In this document: piece by piece, positions 18,848 through 29,544 of the stretch | Layout of the letters: every line of letters begins with the position of its first letter | Position numbering within the stretch: position 1 is the first letter of the stretch | Source: Exiguobacterium sp. | GTDB lineage: Bacteria; Bacillota; Bacilli; Exiguobacteriales; Exiguobacteriaceae | Direction: 5' to 3' | NCBI RefSeq assembly: GCF_020832205.1 | Contig: NZ_JAFIFD010000026.1 | Span: 7,269 to 71,268 of the forward strand | DNA length: 64,000 nt | The notes under the pieces: generated by a model | What the model was told of the DNA's origin: nothing | The model's database searches: none | Seen by the model: only the letters and a program-made list of their open reading frames with translations | Made by a program: the position numbers and the translations under genes

Positions 18848-19660
18848 ATGACAATATGGTTATTTTACTTGTTGCTCGGGATGATCCAAGGGTTTACCGA
18901 ACCGATTCCGATCTCGTCGAGCGGTCACTTGGTTATCTTCCAGGAGCTGCTCAACATTCAATTGCCGGGGTTGTCGTTCGAGATCTTCGTCAACTTCGCC
19001 TCGCTTCTCGCCGTCTTGACGGTATATCGGAAAGATGTTGTCCGTCTCGTCGTGAGTCTATGGACGTTTCTCTTTAAGAAAGACCGGAGCGATGACACGA
19101 TGGTCGACATCAAATTCATCGGGCTCTTGCTCGTCGCGACTGTGCCGGCAGGCGTGCTCGGCGTCTTGTTCGGCGACTGGATCGGCGAGAAGCTGAGCGG
19201 CGTCGCGACGGTCGGGTACACGTTGATCATCACAGGTCTCGCGCTCTGGTTCATCCGTAACATGCGCGGGAGCAAAGGCGACGGAGGCATCACGCTCCGT
19301 GACGCCATCTTGATCGGTCTCGCCCAGGCGGCCGCGCTCATCCCAGGGATCAGCCGCTCGGGGGCGACGATCGTCATGGCGCTCCTCCTCGGGATCAAAC
19401 AAGAGACGGCGCTTCGCTTCTCGTTCTTCATGTTCATCCCGGTCAGTCTCGGGACGATTCTTTTGGACGGACCGGTGCTCTTCACCGACCCGGAGACGCG
19501 TGATCTGTTCGGACCGCTCATCTTGGCGTTCATCGCCTCGTACGTATTGACGGCCGTGTCGCTCAAATGGTTCCAACATATCATGGCCAAAGGCGAACTC
19601 AAGTATTTCTCGTTCTATTGCTGGGCTGTCGGGATTCTCGTCGTCCTCTTCTTGGCTTGA
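18848..19660 (+). CDS. uppP: undecaprenyl-diphosphate phosphatase
   Basis: GFTEPIPISSSGHL and PGISRSGATI motifs of the BacA/UppP family. 270 aa, polytopic. Confidence 0.92.
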   Translation: MTIWLFYLLLGMIQGFTEPIPISSSGHLVIFQELLNIQLPGLSFEIFVNFASLLAVLTVYRKDVVRLVVSLWTFLFKKDRSDDTMVDIKFIGLLLVATVPAGVLGVLFGDWIGEKLSGVATVGYTLIITGLALWFIRNMRGSKGDGGITLRDAILIGLAQAAALIPGISRSGATIVMALLLGIKQETALRFSFFMFIPVSLGTILLDGPVLFTDPETRDLFGPLILAFIASYVLTAVSLKWFQHIMAKGELKYFSFYCWAVGILVVLFLA

Positions 19661-19666
19661 TGGAAA

Positions 19667-19697
19667 GCGCTGCTCCTCGGAGCGGCGTTTTTTTTTT
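19667..19697 (+). terminator. rho-independent terminator
   Basis: CGCTGCTC/GAGCGGCG stem followed by a run of 10 T. Confidence 0.8.
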
Positions 19698-19709
19698 GCA
19701 CATTTTGTT

Positions 19710-19738
19710 TTGCCATCGACATATTTTTGCGCTAAAGT
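19710..19738 (+). promoter_or_regulatory. sigmaA-type promoter of the rib operon leader
   Basis: TTGCCA, 17-nt spacer, TAAAGT, directly upstream of the FMN aptamer. Confidence 0.5.
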
Positions 19739-19757
19739 AGGTGCGTACAAACAAATA

Positions 19758-19894
19758 TTCCTTCGGGGTCGGGTGAAAGTCCCAACCGGCGGTGATAGGC
19801 GAACGCCTTAAGTCCGTGACCCGGGCGCACGTGTGCGAACGGTGGATCTAGTGAGACTCTAGAGCCGACAGTATAGTCTGGATGGGAGAAGGAA
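19758..19894 (+). promoter_or_regulatory. FMN riboswitch (RFN element) aptamer
   Basis: TTCCTTCGGGGTCGGGTGAAAGTCCCAACCGGCGGT ... AGCCGACAGTATAGTCTGGATGGGAGAAGGAA matches the conserved RFN core. The P1 helix is TTCCTTC/GAAGGAA. It sits upstream of ribD. Confidence 0.93.
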
Positions 19895-19992
19895 AATCGA
19901 CAGGTCCACGCGACCTGTAGTTTGTCGTCCGTTTTTCTGTAAAGAAAACGCTTATTTGGTCTGCCCAAATGACGACTGACAACTCCCACCGA

Positions 19993-20023
19993 GACCTTGA
20001 GGACATGTCCTTAAGGTCTTTTT
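19993..20023 (+). terminator. riboswitch expression-platform terminator (attenuator)
   Basis: GACCTTGAGGA/TCCTTAAGGTC 11-bp stem, loop CATG, then TTTTTG. It ends 27 nt before the ribD ATG. Confidence 0.8.
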
Positions 20024-20049
20024 GTTTGTACGAAACAAGGAGGGAGACT

Positions 20050-21129
20050 ATGAAACAGTACATGCAACATGCCATTCAATTGGCGGGATTCGCCTCGTCG
20101 ACCGGCGTCAATCCGCACGTCGGGGCCGTCGTCGTCAAAGACGGCCGCATCGTCGGGTTCGGCGCGCATTTGAAGGCGGGGGAACCACATGCCGAAGTCC
20201 ACGCCATCCGCATGGCCGGCGCAGCAGCATACGGTTCGACCGTATACGTCACGCTCGAGCCGTGCTCGCACCACGGCAAGACACCGCCGTGCGCCGATTT
20301 GCTCATCGAGTCAGGCGTGAGACGGGTCGTCATCGCGATGGAAGACCCGAACCCGCTCGTCGCGGGGCGTGGCATCAAGCGTTTGAAGGCGGCCGGGATC
20401 GACGTCGAAGTCGGTCTGCTCGCGGAAGAGGCACGTGCGCTCAATCCGGCGTTCTTGCGCTCACTCGAGACGAAACGCCCATACGTCGTCTTGAAGACGG
20501 CGACGAGCCTCGACGGAAAAGTCGCACTCGACTCAGGTGACAGCAAATGGGTGACCGGTACCGAGGCAAGACGCGACGTCCACGAGTTGCGCGCGACGGT
20601 CGATGCCATCCTAACCGGCGTCGGCACGGTCATAGCCGACAATCCGGCGCTCACCGTCCGGCTCGACCGTGAAACGACGCAACCGCTTCGGATTGTACTC
20701 GACCGTGATTTGCGCACACCGCTCTCGAGTCAGCTCGTCCGGACAGCCACGGACAGTCCGGTACTCATTTACACGACGTCCGACGATCAAGTGAAGCGCG
20801 ACGCGTTCATAGAACGCGGTGTCGAACTCGCTGACTACACGACGCTCGATGGCGTCTTGAAAGACGTGTACGGTCGCGGCGTCGGTCGCATCCTCATCGA
20901 AGCCGGCCCGACGCTCGTGACGTCGTTCCTCGACGGACGATTCGTCGACGAGTGGGTCATGTATCAGTCGCCGCGCGTATTCGGTGGAAGCGGCGGGGTG
21001 TATCGGTCGAGTCAAACAGGACTGCTCGACGCGATCGATGCGTTCACCGTGCAAACTGTCGAGACGGTCGGAGCCGATGTGAAGCTCGTCATGCGAAAGG
21101 GGGAGACCGATGTTCACGGGAATCGTTGA
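20050..21129 (+). CDS. ribD: bifunctional diaminohydroxyphosphoribosylaminopyrimidine deaminase / 5-amino-6-(5-phosphoribosylamino)uracil reductase
   Basis: Deaminase zinc motifs HAEVHA and PCSHHGKTPPC. Reductase half KTATSLDGK. GGAGGGAG RBS before the ATG at 20050. Confidence 0.93.
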   Translation: MKQYMQHAIQLAGFASSTGVNPHVGAVVVKDGRIVGFGAHLKAGEPHAEVHAIRMAGAAAYGSTVYVTLEPCSHHGKTPPCADLLIESGVRRVVIAMEDPNPLVAGRGIKRLKAAGIDVEVGLLAEEARALNPAFLRSLETKRPYVVLKTATSLDGKVALDSGDSKWVTGTEARRDVHELRATVDAILTGVGTVIADNPALTVRLDRETTQPLRIVLDRDLRTPLSSQLVRTATDSPVLIYTTSDDQVKRDAFIERGVELADYTTLDGVLKDVYGRGVGRILIEAGPTLVTSFLDGRFVDEWVMYQSPRVFGGSGGVYRSSQTGLLDAIDAFTVQTVETVGADVKLVMRKGETDVHGNR

Positions 21130-21751
21130 AGAGATTGGCAGTGTGAAAGCGGTGAAACGGAACGGCCCGTCGCTGCGGCTCACGCTCAGCGGAAAGGTCG
21201 TGTTAGAAGACGTGAAGCTCGGCGACAGCATCTCCGTCAACGGCATCTGCCTCACCGTGACGACGTTCGACCGTGACAGCTTCTCGGTCGACGTCATGCC
21301 GGAAACGCTCAAAGCGTCGAGTCTTGACGGGGTCCGTCCCGGAACGAGTGTGAACTTGGAGCGGGCGATGCCGGCGAATGGACGCTTCGGCGGTCATTTC
21401 GTATCCGGTCACGTCGACGGGGTCGGGCGAATCGTGAAGAAACGGTCGCTCGCGAACGCCGTCTACGTCGACATCAGCTGCGAGCCGTCACTCCTCCGTT
21501 ACATCGTCCCGAAAGGTTCGATCTCGGTCGATGGGACGAGCTTGACGGTGTTCGAGGTGACCGAACGTGGCTTCACGTTGTCGCTCATCCCCCATACGTA
21601 CAGTGAGACGGTGCTCGGGATGAAGCAGGCAGGCGATCCAGTCAATTTAGAATGTGACATGTTGGCTAAATATATGGAAAAACTAGTGAATCAAAAACCG
21701 ATGACGCTCGAATCATTGGCGTCGCAAGGATATGGAAAGGCGGGATGGTGA
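21110..21751 (+). CDS. ribE: riboflavin synthase (alpha subunit)
   Basis: [10 protein letters not shown] start, duplicated lumazine-binding repeats ([11 protein letters not shown] and [11 protein letters not shown]). Confidence 0.93.
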   Translation: MFTGIVEEIGSVKAVKRNGPSLRLTLSGKVVLEDVKLGDSISVNGICLTVTTFDRDSFSVDVMPETLKASSLDGVRPGTSVNLERAMPANGRFGGHFVSGHVDGVGRIVKKRSLANAVYVDISCEPSLLRYIVPKGSISVDGTSLTVFEVTERGFTLSLIPHTYSETVLGMKQAGDPVNLECDMLAKYMEKLVNQKPMTLESLASQGYGKAGW

Positions 21752-22935
21752 TGTTCCACACGATTGAAGAAGCGGTAGAAGACTTGAAGATGGGTCGTCC
21801 GGTCATCGTCGTCGATGATGAGGACCGGGAGAACGAAGGCGACTTCGTCGTCCTCGCCGACAAGATGACGGGCGAGACGATGAACTTCCTCATCACGGAA
21901 GGAAAAGGGCTCGTCTGTGCGGCACTCGCTGAAGAAGTCGCCGTCCGGCTCGATTTACAGCCGATGGTCGTAAACAGCACCGACCCACACGGAACGGCGT
22001 TCACCGTCAGTGTCGATCACGTCGACTCGACGACGGGCATCTCGGCAAGCGAGCGGGCCCACACGGTGCGCGAACTCGCGAACGGTAACGCCCGACCGGC
22101 CGATTTTCAACGACCGGGGCACATCTTCCCGCTCATTGCCAAAAAAGGCGGCGTCTCGGTACGGCGCGGGCATACGGAAGCGTCGGTCGACTTGGCCCGT
22201 CTCTCCGGCAGTGAGCCGGTCGCCGTCATTTGCGAGATCATCCGCGAAGACGGGGAGATGGCCCGAGTGCCAGATCTCGAACGCGTCGCGGAACGTCACG
22301 ATTTGAAATTCATCACAATCGAGGCGCTCGTCCGTTATATGGAGATGGATCTCGTCAGTCGAGAGGCGGACGTCTCTCTCCCCTCGGTGAAAGGGGACTT
22401 TCGATTGATCGGTTATCGGAACGTCCTCGACCAGGAAGAGCACGTCGCTTTACTAAAAGGTGAACTCGGCAACGTCCCGCTCGTCCGCATCCATTCGGAA
22501 TGCTTGACCGGTGACGTGTTCGGCTCGTACCGCTGTGATTGTGGGCCGCAACTCGACACGGCGATGGCAACGATTGAAGCCGAGGGCGGTGTCGTCTTGT
22601 ACATGCGTCAAGAAGGCCGCGGTATCGGTCTGTTGAATAAATTAAAGGCTTATGAATTGCAGGAAAGCGGGCTCGACACGGTCGAGGCGAACGTCGCACT
22701 CGGCCTGCATGCCGATTTGCGTGATTACCGTGTCAGCGCGGCGATGCTCCGTGACCTCGGTGTCACGAACGTCCGGCTCATGACGAACAACCCGGAGAAA
22801 GTCGATGCCCTTGAAGCGTGCGGCATCACCGTCATCGAACGGGTACCGATTATCGTCGGGGAGCATGCGGCGAATGAGAAATACCGGTTAACGAAACAAC
22901 AAAAAATGAACCATTTTGGAGGAGAAGTCAAATGA
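21745..22935 (+). CDS. ribBA: bifunctional 3,4-dihydroxy-2-butanone-4-phosphate synthase / GTP cyclohydrolase II
   Basis: DRENEGD and HTEA motifs (DHBP synthase). [18 protein letters not shown] zinc motif (GTP cyclohydrolase II). Overlaps the ribE stop. Confidence 0.93.
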   Translation: MVMFHTIEEAVEDLKMGRPVIVVDDEDRENEGDFVVLADKMTGETMNFLITEGKGLVCAALAEEVAVRLDLQPMVVNSTDPHGTAFTVSVDHVDSTTGISASERAHTVRELANGNARPADFQRPGHIFPLIAKKGGVSVRRGHTEASVDLARLSGSEPVAVICEIIREDGEMARVPDLERVAERHDLKFITIEALVRYMEMDLVSREADVSLPSVKGDFRLIGYRNVLDQEEHVALLKGELGNVPLVRIHSECLTGDVFGSYRCDCGPQLDTAMATIEAEGGVVLYMRQEGRGIGLLNKLKAYELQESGLDTVEANVALGLHADLRDYRVSAAMLRDLGVTNVRLMTNNPEKVDALEACGITVIERVPIIVGEHAANEKYRLTKQQKMNHFGGEVK

Positions 22936-23396
22936 TGCATACAATTGAAGGTAACTTGGTCGGTAAAGGATTAAAAGTCGGAATCGTCGTCGGACGGTTC
23001 AATGATCTTATCACGATGCGCTTATTAGACGGGGCGAAAGACGCGCTCAAGCGCCACGGCGTCGAACAAGAAGACGTCGCGCTCGCCTTCGTGCCGGGTG
23101 CGTTCGAGCTTCCGCTCGTCGCGAAGAAGATGGCGATGAGCAAAAAATATGACGCCGTCATCACACTCGGCGCCGTCATCCGCGGAGCGACGCCGCACTT
23201 TGACTACGTCTGTAACGAGGCGGCGAAAGGCATCGCCCAGGCGAGCTATCAGTCGGAAGTGCCGGTCATCTTCGGCGTGTTGACGACCGAGACGATCGAG
23301 CAGGCGATCGAACGGGCCGGGACGAAAGCCGGGAACAAAGGCTGGGAAGCGGCGACATCGGCCATCGAGATGGCGAACATGATGAAACAATTTTAA
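22932..23396 (+). CDS. ribH: 6,7-dimethyl-8-ribityllumazine synthase
   Basis: [20 protein letters not shown] and GVLT motifs. 154 aa. ATGA overlap with ribBA. Confidence 0.93.
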   Translation: MMHTIEGNLVGKGLKVGIVVGRFNDLITMRLLDGAKDALKRHGVEQEDVALAFVPGAFELPLVAKKMAMSKKYDAVITLGAVIRGATPHFDYVCNEAAKGIAQASYQSEVPVIFGVLTTETIEQAIERAGTKAGNKGWEAATSAIEMANMMKQF

Positions 23397-23398
23397 AA

Positions 23399-23423
23399 AG
23401 AAAGGAGCGCATGTCGCTCCTTT
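23399..23423 (+). terminator. rho-independent terminator of the rib operon
   Basis: AAAGGAGCG/CGCTCCTTT stem, then TTT. Confidence 0.8.
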
Positions 23424-23525
23424 TTAAATTGATTCTTTATACCTATACATAAATAGGATAATAGACTCAATTAATCCTCTCATATAGCCGATACTTATGT
23501 ATATAAGAATGGTGGAGGGATCCGG

Positions 23526-25433
23526 ATGAGGAAAATCGTTATCGCCCTGGAAGAAGAGCTACGAAAACAAGAAGAATTGCATCATCTAGTCTCGCTTCTG
23601 TTGAACCGCTTTTTGACGACTTCGCTGGAAGACTTCTCGGACCGGGTGAATCATTCATTGGAGGAGCTCGGACGTTATTTTCAGACGGACCGCGTCTATG
23701 TGTTTGATTATGATTTCGACGAGGGACTTTGCCACAACACGTTTGAATGGTGTGCGCCAGGGGTTTCGGCCGAGTTGGAAAATTTGCAAAATGTCCCTTT
23801 GGAGGCATTGCCTGAATGGGTGGAGACGCACATGAAAGGGGAGCCGATGTATATTCCTCAAGTTCATGCGTTGCCGATCGACAGCGGGATTCGGCAAATT
23901 CTTGAGCCCCAGCATATCCAAAGTCTTTTAGCGGTCCCGATGATGAGCGGCAACGCGTGCCATGGTTTCGTTGGATTTGATTCGGTGATTCAGGAACGGA
24001 CGTATTCGACCCATGAACAACGGGTACTAAAAGATTTTAGTAACGCTCTTCTCGGAGCGGTCGAACGACACCGGATCGAAGCGCAGCGCGAAACGATTTA
24101 TCAACAACTTATCGCGGCAAAACAAGAGGCGGAGCGGGCGAACATCGCCAAAAGCGAATTTCTTTCAAACATGAGCCACGAGATTCGGACTCCGCTGAAT
24201 GCGATTCTTGGTTTTTCCCATTTACTGAAACGTAGTGGATTCGATCAAAATAGTGAGCGGCGAATCGATGACATTCTTCAGAACGGCGAACATTTGTTGA
24301 CGCTCATCAATGAAATTTTAGACATGTCCAAAATCGAATCCGGTTATGTACGAGTGGTGAAGCAAACCTTCTCCCTCCCGGTGATGATGCGAGAGGTTTA
24401 TCGTATGTTTGATATGATGGCACAGCAAAAAGGTGTCGCGTTGACCGTCGAGATGGAACAACAAGTTCCCGAACACGTCACGAGCGATCCGACGAAAGTA
24501 AAACAAATTTTGATCAATCTGATGCAGAACGCGTTGAAGTTTACCGAGCAAGGGACGGTCCGGCTCGAGCTTTCCGTTTCTGCAGGTGAACTTCGCTTTG
24601 CGGTCACTGATACGGGACGAGGCGTGGATGGACAAGAACTCGAACTGTTATTCGAACCGTTTTACCAAAAAAAATATACCGACCAGCATCAAGGAACGGG
24701 GTTAGGGTTGCCGATTAGCAAGCAATACGCGACGTTGCTCGGCGGGGACCTTCAAGTAGAGAGCGAACTTGGACGCGGCAGTCGCTTCGTCTTTACCTTG
24801 CCGGTGGAGATAGAGGAAGGGGTGGCACAAGGCGTTCGCGATTTTGAAGAGTGGACGGATGTGCGATTTGCCGACATGCACGTCCTTGTCGTAGAAGACA
24901 CGCCTGCGCAACAAGACATTATACGGGAACTGCTCGAAGCGGCCGGTTGTAGCGTCAGTATGACTGCTTCTGGTAAACATGCACTCGAACGGACGGCGAC
25001 TGAGCGGTACGATATGATTTTATTAGATATGAGATTGCCAGATGGGAACGGGGCAGATGTGGCTGCGGAACTCAAACAGCGTGATGATTGTCCGCCGATC
25101 ATCTTCATCTCGGCGAACGCTTTCGAAGAGGACCGTCAACGAGCGTTTGCTTCAGGGGCGTGCGCGTTCGTCTCGAAGCCGTTTCATCCAAAGCAATTGT
25201 TTGATGCGATGTATCGTCATAGAGGGGATATTGTCGTCGATTCCCACGACATGTTGCGAAACGTCCACAACGCGGTTCAAGAGGGAGACGTTGAAACGAT
25301 TGAGCGATTCATACAAACCTATCAACAAAAGGCCCCTCACCTACAGGTCATTTGGGATGCACTCGATCGGTTCGACTATGAGGCGGCGAGTCGTCATTTG
25401 CAACGAGAATTAGGAGCTGATCGTGCTGAGTGA
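23526..25433 (+). CDS. soluble hybrid sensor histidine kinase (GAF-HisKA-HATPase-REC plus C-terminal helical tail)
   Basis: No TM segment. GAF-like N-terminus, H-box [16 protein letters not shown]-boxes DTGRGV and [10 protein letters not shown], receiver [10 protein letters not shown] ... FVSKP, then a tail of about 80 aa. Confidence 0.88.
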   Translation: MRKIVIALEEELRKQEELHHLVSLLLNRFLTTSLEDFSDRVNHSLEELGRYFQTDRVYVFDYDFDEGLCHNTFEWCAPGVSAELENLQNVPLEALPEWVETHMKGEPMYIPQVHALPIDSGIRQILEPQHIQSLLAVPMMSGNACHGFVGFDSVIQERTYSTHEQRVLKDFSNALLGAVERHRIEAQRETIYQQLIAAKQEAERANIAKSEFLSNMSHEIRTPLNAILGFSHLLKRSGFDQNSERRIDDILQNGEHLLTLINEILDMSKIESGYVRVVKQTFSLPVMMREVYRMFDMMAQQKGVALTVEMEQQVPEHVTSDPTKVKQILINLMQNALKFTEQGTVRLELSVSAGELRFAVTDTGRGVDGQELELLFEPFYQKKYTDQHQGTGLGLPISKQYATLLGGDLQVESELGRGSRFVFTLPVEIEEGVAQGVRDFEEWTDVRFADMHVLVVEDTPAQQDIIRELLEAAGCSVSMTASGKHALERTATERYDMILLDMRLPDGNGADVAAELKQRDDCPPIIFISANAFEEDRQRAFASGACAFVSKPFHPKQLFDAMYRHRGDIVVDSHDMLRNVHNAVQEGDVETIERFIQTYQQKAPHLQVIWDALDRFDYEAASRHLQRELGADRAE

Positions 25434-26520
25434 AACAAAAAAGAGAACAATTTTTGTCGTCGATGATACGCCTGCCAACTTGCGTTTGCTCTATGATATT
25501 TTAAGCCAAGCCGATTACCATGTGCGCGTCTATCCAAATGGCAAGTTTATGCTACAGGCGATGGAACAAATAGAGCCTGATTTGATTTTATTAGATATTA
25601 TGATGCCTGACATGGATGGCTATGAAGTATGTGAGACACTCCGGAGACGATATAATCCGAACATCCCTGTTATATTTTTAAGTGCACTGACCGAGTCATA
25701 CGATAAAGTACGAGCATTCGAAGCCGGTGGGCAAGATTACATTACAAAACCGATTCACCCAGAAGAAGTATTATTACGTCTAAGCGCTCAATTAAAAAAT
25801 GTGAATGAACGTGAACAATTCTCTTACAATCTCGAAGAAAAAGAAAAACAGTTACAGGAGTATCAAGAAGGCCTAGTTAAAACATTGCTTCGACTATCTG
25901 GATTGCGTGACAACGACACGGGTAATCATATCGAAAGAGTCCAAGCGCTTGCGACAAGTTTGGCTGGGATTGTTCAAAAGGAACCGGGGTCACAAGTGAA
26001 TTCGATGTTTGTCGAAGCGATCCGCTTGGCTGCACCGCTACATGATATTGGAAAGATTGCCGTCCCTGATGCGATCTTGTTGAAGGAGGGCAAGCTGACC
26101 GAAGACGAATGGCTGCTTATGAAAGAACATGTTCGAGTAGGGGGAGAAGTGCTTGGTGAGCTACATCACCAGTTTCCGGAAAACTCCTTTATCCAGATGG
26201 CTATGGATATCGCATTGTACCATCACGAGACATGGGATGGACAAGGCTATGTCCATGGTTTATCGAAAGAAGCAATTCCGCTTGCGGCGAGAATTGTAAG
26301 TATCGTCGATGTGTATGATGCCCTTAGGACTTTACGGCCGTACAAACCAGCGTACACACACCTGGAGACATTGGAGATGATGCGCCAAATGAAAGGCACG
26401 TTTGATCCATATTTGTTTGATCTATTCTTGACTCACGATCGGCTTTTCTCTACCGTCTTTGATTCAATCTACGAAGCGGGGCAAGTAGATCGTAACGCTC
26501 AACCTCTCCTTATCATTTAA
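25423..26520 (+). CDS. response regulator with HD-GYP c-di-GMP phosphodiesterase output (RpfG-like)
   Basis: REC domain ([26 protein letters not shown]). HD-GYP domain ([24 protein letters not shown]). The GTG start overlaps the kinase stop by 11 nt. Confidence 0.88.
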   Translation: MLSETKKRTIFVVDDTPANLRLLYDILSQADYHVRVYPNGKFMLQAMEQIEPDLILLDIMMPDMDGYEVCETLRRRYNPNIPVIFLSALTESYDKVRAFEAGGQDYITKPIHPEEVLLRLSAQLKNVNEREQFSYNLEEKEKQLQEYQEGLVKTLLRLSGLRDNDTGNHIERVQALATSLAGIVQKEPGSQVNSMFVEAIRLAAPLHDIGKIAVPDAILLKEGKLTEDEWLLMKEHVRVGGEVLGELHHQFPENSFIQMAMDIALYHHETWDGQGYVHGLSKEAIPLAARIVSIVDVYDALRTLRPYKPAYTHLETLEMMRQMKGTFDPYLFDLFLTHDRLFSTVFDSIYEAGQVDRNAQPLLII

Positions 26521-26528
26521 TAGAGGCA

Positions 26529-26566
26529 AACAAGGTTCGGCTCCTCACGAGGTGCCGAACCTTGTT
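26529..26566. terminator. bidirectional hairpin terminator
   Basis: AACAAGGTTCGGC/GCCGAACCTTGTT 13-bp stem between convergent genes. Confidence 0.7.
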
Positions 26567-26585
26567 AGTTTATCTTGTCGATCGC

Positions 26586-26957
26586 TCAAGTCCGCCAAAA
26601 TGATGTCTGGTCGGCTTTGTCTTGTATATTGAAGGCGATAATGTCGTTCAATAAACCATAGTCGACGGCTTGCCCCCACTTGATGCGAAATAACTGTTTC
26701 GTCTGTGTGTAGCCGGCGTCTTTGATGCGCCCGGCGAAATGTTCGAGCGCGACCGCTTCCGGAGCGACGGCGATATGCGCTTTGGCGACGCTAAAGGCGA
26801 TAATGAACGTTCCGTGATCGGTGAACATCGGTTGGTTCCAGGCGATGCGTTCGTCGAGTTCTGGGAATTTCTCTCTGATCTGATTGAACACGTCGTCAAG
26901 TTTCGCCCGTTGCTCCGGGTCGTCAATCGTTGCTAAAAAATCGTCAAATGTCTCCAT
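26586..26957 (-). CDS. DUF1801 (YdhG-like, iron-chaperone-type) domain protein
   Basis: METFDDFLATIDDPEQRAKLDDVFNQIREKFPELDERIAWNQPMF... TAGGAGGA RBS before the ATG at 26957. The ORF-track start at 26993 would run through the pruA terminator. Confidence 0.7.
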   Translation of the reverse strand: METFDDFLATIDDPEQRAKLDDVFNQIREKFPELDERIAWNQPMFTDHGTFIIAFSVAKAHIAVAPEAVALEHFAGRIKDAGYTQTKQLFRIKWGQAVDYGLLNDIIAFNIQDKADQTSFWRT

Positions 26958-26975
26958 TATTATTCCTCCTAACGA

Positions 26976-27003
26976 TGAGAAAACCCGGCTCATGTGAGCC
27001 GGG
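26976..27003 (-). terminator. rho-independent terminator of the P5C dehydrogenase gene
   Basis: CCCGGCTC/GAGCCGGG stem followed by TTTTC on the minus strand. Confidence 0.75.
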
Positions 27004-27011
27004 CTGTTCGA

Positions 27012-28556
27012 TTAAAATGTCTCAGAAGTCGTTTTCGCTTGCATGTGGAGCTGGATGTAATCCGGTCCGCCTGCTTTCGAGTCGGTGCCTGACATGTTGA
27101 AGCCGCCGAACGGTTGGTAACCGACGATGGCGCCTGTGCAGCCACGGTTGAAGTACAAGTTTCCGACGTGGAAGTTTTGACGTGCGTACTCTTGGTTCGA
27201 GCGGTCGCGCGTGAGGACGGCACCTGTCAAGCCGTACTCGGTATTGTTGGCGATGTCGATCGCTTCTTTGAAGTCTTTCGCTTTTGTGAAGGCGACGATT
27301 GGTCCGAAGATCTCTTCTTGCATGAGACGTGCTTTCGGGTCAACGTCCGCGACGACCGTCGGCTCGATGAAGTAGCCTGTCGAATCGTCGGCTTTCCCGC
27401 CGGCGACGATCTTGCCTTCTTCTTTGGCGACGTCGAAGTATGACGTGATTTTCTTGAACGCGGCCGCATCGATGACCGGTCCCATGAAGTGTTCGTTCTT
27501 CTCTGTGTTGCCGACCGACAATTCGTTCGTTAATTCGACGACGCGATCGAGCACTGTGTCGTAGACGCTGTCGACGATGACGGCACGTGAACACGCTGAA
27601 CATTTTTGACCTGAGAAACCGAACGACGATTTGACAATCGATTGGGCCGCGAGCTCGAGGTCCGCTGACTCATCGACGACGATCGTGTCTTTTCCGCCCA
27701 TCTCGGCGATGACACGCTTGAGCCAGATTTGGCCATCGTTCAACTTCGAAGCGCGTTCGTTGATGCGGAGGCCCACGTCACGTGAACCAGTAAAGCTGAT
27801 GAAGCGTGTCTTCGGATGGTCGACGAGGTAGTCACCGACTTCTGCACCCGGTCCCGGGATGAAGTTGAGGACGCCTTTCGGGAGACCTGCTTCTTCCATC
27901 ACTTCGACGAATTTCGCAGCGACGATCGGTGTCGTCGATGCCGGTTTCAAGAGGATCGTGTTTCCGGCAACGATGGCCGCGACGGCCGTCCCTGCCATGA
28001 TCGCGAACGGGAAGTTCCAAGGGCTGATGACGATCCCGACCCCGAGTGGGATGTAGTCATAGCGATTGTATTCGCCCGGACGGCTCTCGACTTTTTTACC
28101 AGGTTTGAGCTCGAGCATTTGACGCGCATAGTATTCCATGAAGTCGATCGCTTCTGCCGTATCCGCGTCCGCCTCGTTCCAAGGCTTGCCCGCTTCTTTC
28201 ACGAGATAAGCCGAGAACTCGTGCTTCCGTTTGCGGACGATGTTCGCCGCTTTGAACAAGACGTCGGCACGGACGGCCGGGTCGACGTGGCGCCACGTGT
28301 CAAACGCTGTGAGTGCTTCTTGCATCGCGCGTTCTGCGAGTTCTTGGTTCGCTTTCGAGACGCGGCCGATGACTTCCTCTTTGTTTGCCGGGTTATAAGA
28401 CGTGATCTTATCGTCCGTCGTCACTTTTTCCCCACCGATGACGAGCGGATAGTCTTTTCCGAGCTCACCGTTCACTTTCTCGATCGCCGCTTGGATGGCT
28501 GAGGCGTTCTCTTTGTTTGTAAAGTCTGTGAATGGTTCATGTTTGTATGGAATCAT
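27012..28556 (-). CDS. pruA: L-glutamate gamma-semialdehyde (1-pyrroline-5-carboxylate) dehydrogenase
   Basis: The N-terminus [17 protein letters not shown]...[13 protein letters not shown] matches B. subtilis RocA/PutC by eye. Aldehyde dehydrogenase motifs EMGGKD and GQKCSACSR. 514 aa. Confidence 0.92.
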   Translation of the reverse strand: MIPYKHEPFTDFTNKENASAIQAAIEKVNGELGKDYPLVIGGEKVTTDDKITSYNPANKEEVIGRVSKANQELAERAMQEALTAFDTWRHVDPAVRADVLFKAANIVRKRKHEFSAYLVKEAGKPWNEADADTAEAIDFMEYYARQMLELKPGKKVESRPGEYNRYDYIPLGVGIVISPWNFPFAIMAGTAVAAIVAGNTILLKPASTTPIVAAKFVEVMEEAGLPKGVLNFIPGPGAEVGDYLVDHPKTRFISFTGSRDVGLRINERASKLNDGQIWLKRVIAEMGGKDTIVVDESADLELAAQSIVKSSFGFSGQKCSACSRAVIVDSVYDTVLDRVVELTNELSVGNTEKNEHFMGPVIDAAAFKKITSYFDVAKEEGKIVAGGKADDSTGYFIEPTVVADVDPKARLMQEEIFGPIVAFTKAKDFKEAIDIANNTEYGLTGAVLTRDRSNQEYARQNFHVGNLYFNRGCTGAIVGYQPFGGFNMSGTDSKAGGPDYIQLHMQAKTTSETF

Positions 28557-28728
28557 TCTCGTTCCCCCTTAAAAAGTGATTATGCAGTTAAGCGCTTACG
28601 TCTGTATTGTATCGGAAAATTAGCGGAAATCCTAGTGAAACAATTTTCCAGAAAAGCATGTCGTTGTCCCTCGAAATCGAGTCGTGATACGATGAAACCA
28701 AGATTGTGTACGGGAAAGGACGGATGGC

Positions 28729-29532
28729 ATGAAAAAATGGATGATCCCGCTCGCGCTCGTGTTCGTACTTGGCGCCTGCGGCAACGGGGAAGAACTACCA
28801 ACCGAGGAAACGAAACGACCGCTCCCGGAAGCGGTCGAGACAGTCTATACATCGTATCAACAGGCGCTTGAAATAGGAGACGCTGAGGCGCTCGCCGAGG
28901 TCGACTACGCGGGCGAACGGACCGACATTCCGGCGACAGGTGCGGTGGCACGCGACCTGGCGCCCGGTGACATCTACGAAGGCTGGGTGAACGAGGCGGG
29001 CGACGTCGCCTATATCGTGCATGAGATGGAAGACGGGGATGGGAACGAGCTGCCGAACCGGTTGGCGAAAGTCGCCATTAAAGACGGTGAAGATTGGAAA
29101 CTCGTCGTCACCCCGGCCGTACTCTCGGCCGATGTGATCGGCGAGGTCGGTGAGCTGTTGACAGGTATCGAGGCGAATGAATACGGTGTCAACACAGAGG
29201 CGAACGCCCGGTTGGCCGACGTACCGGAAGACGAGGCCGGACCGATATATGACCGCGTCAACGCCCAGACCGACTACGTCGCGCTCGAAGCCGACAACAA
29301 CGTGTTCTTGCTGTTGTCGGAGACGCTCACCGTCCCTGAGAACCAACAAGTGATGGTCGAGTACTTCGAAGCGTATGTGAAGTGGTATGATGAACAAGAA
29401 GACGGCTTGCGCGAAGCGGCCGCGACCGAAGATCCGGTCGAATATTTGGAAGTGCTCGAACCGCTCAAACAAAAACTAGAACAAGCGATCGACGGCTACG
29501 ACGAGCGACTCGTCGACCCGTCGTTCGGCTGA
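28729..29532 (+). CDS. hypothetical lipoprotein
   Basis: Lipobox in MKKWMIPLALVFVLGACGNGEE. Acidic mature part with no recognisable domain. Confidence 0.7.
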   Translation: MKKWMIPLALVFVLGACGNGEELPTEETKRPLPEAVETVYTSYQQALEIGDAEALAEVDYAGERTDIPATGAVARDLAPGDIYEGWVNEAGDVAYIVHEMEDGDGNELPNRLAKVAIKDGEDWKLVVTPAVLSADVIGEVGELLTGIEANEYGVNTEANARLADVPEDEAGPIYDRVNAQTDYVALEADNNVFLLLSETLTVPENQQVMVEYFEAYVKWYDEQEDGLREAAATEDPVEYLEVLEPLKQKLEQAIDGYDERLVDPSFG

Positions 29533-29544
29533 GGAGGCATTCAC

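Noticed and set aside
20076-21312. Minus-strand ORFs 20076-20717 and 20611-21312 inside ribD/ribE.
   Set aside because: They are antisense to the riboflavin operon, which is supported by motifs, the riboswitch and synteny.
27816-28502. 228-aa plus-strand ORF inside the P5C dehydrogenase gene.
   Set aside because: It is antisense to a gene matching RocA/PutC over its full length.
28589-28598. Perfect 10-nt palindrome TAAGCGCTTA upstream of pruA, considered as a cre.
   Set aside because: The flanks do not fit TGWNANCGNTNWCA (3 mismatches at the ends). It may still bind a regulator, but I cannot support a call.
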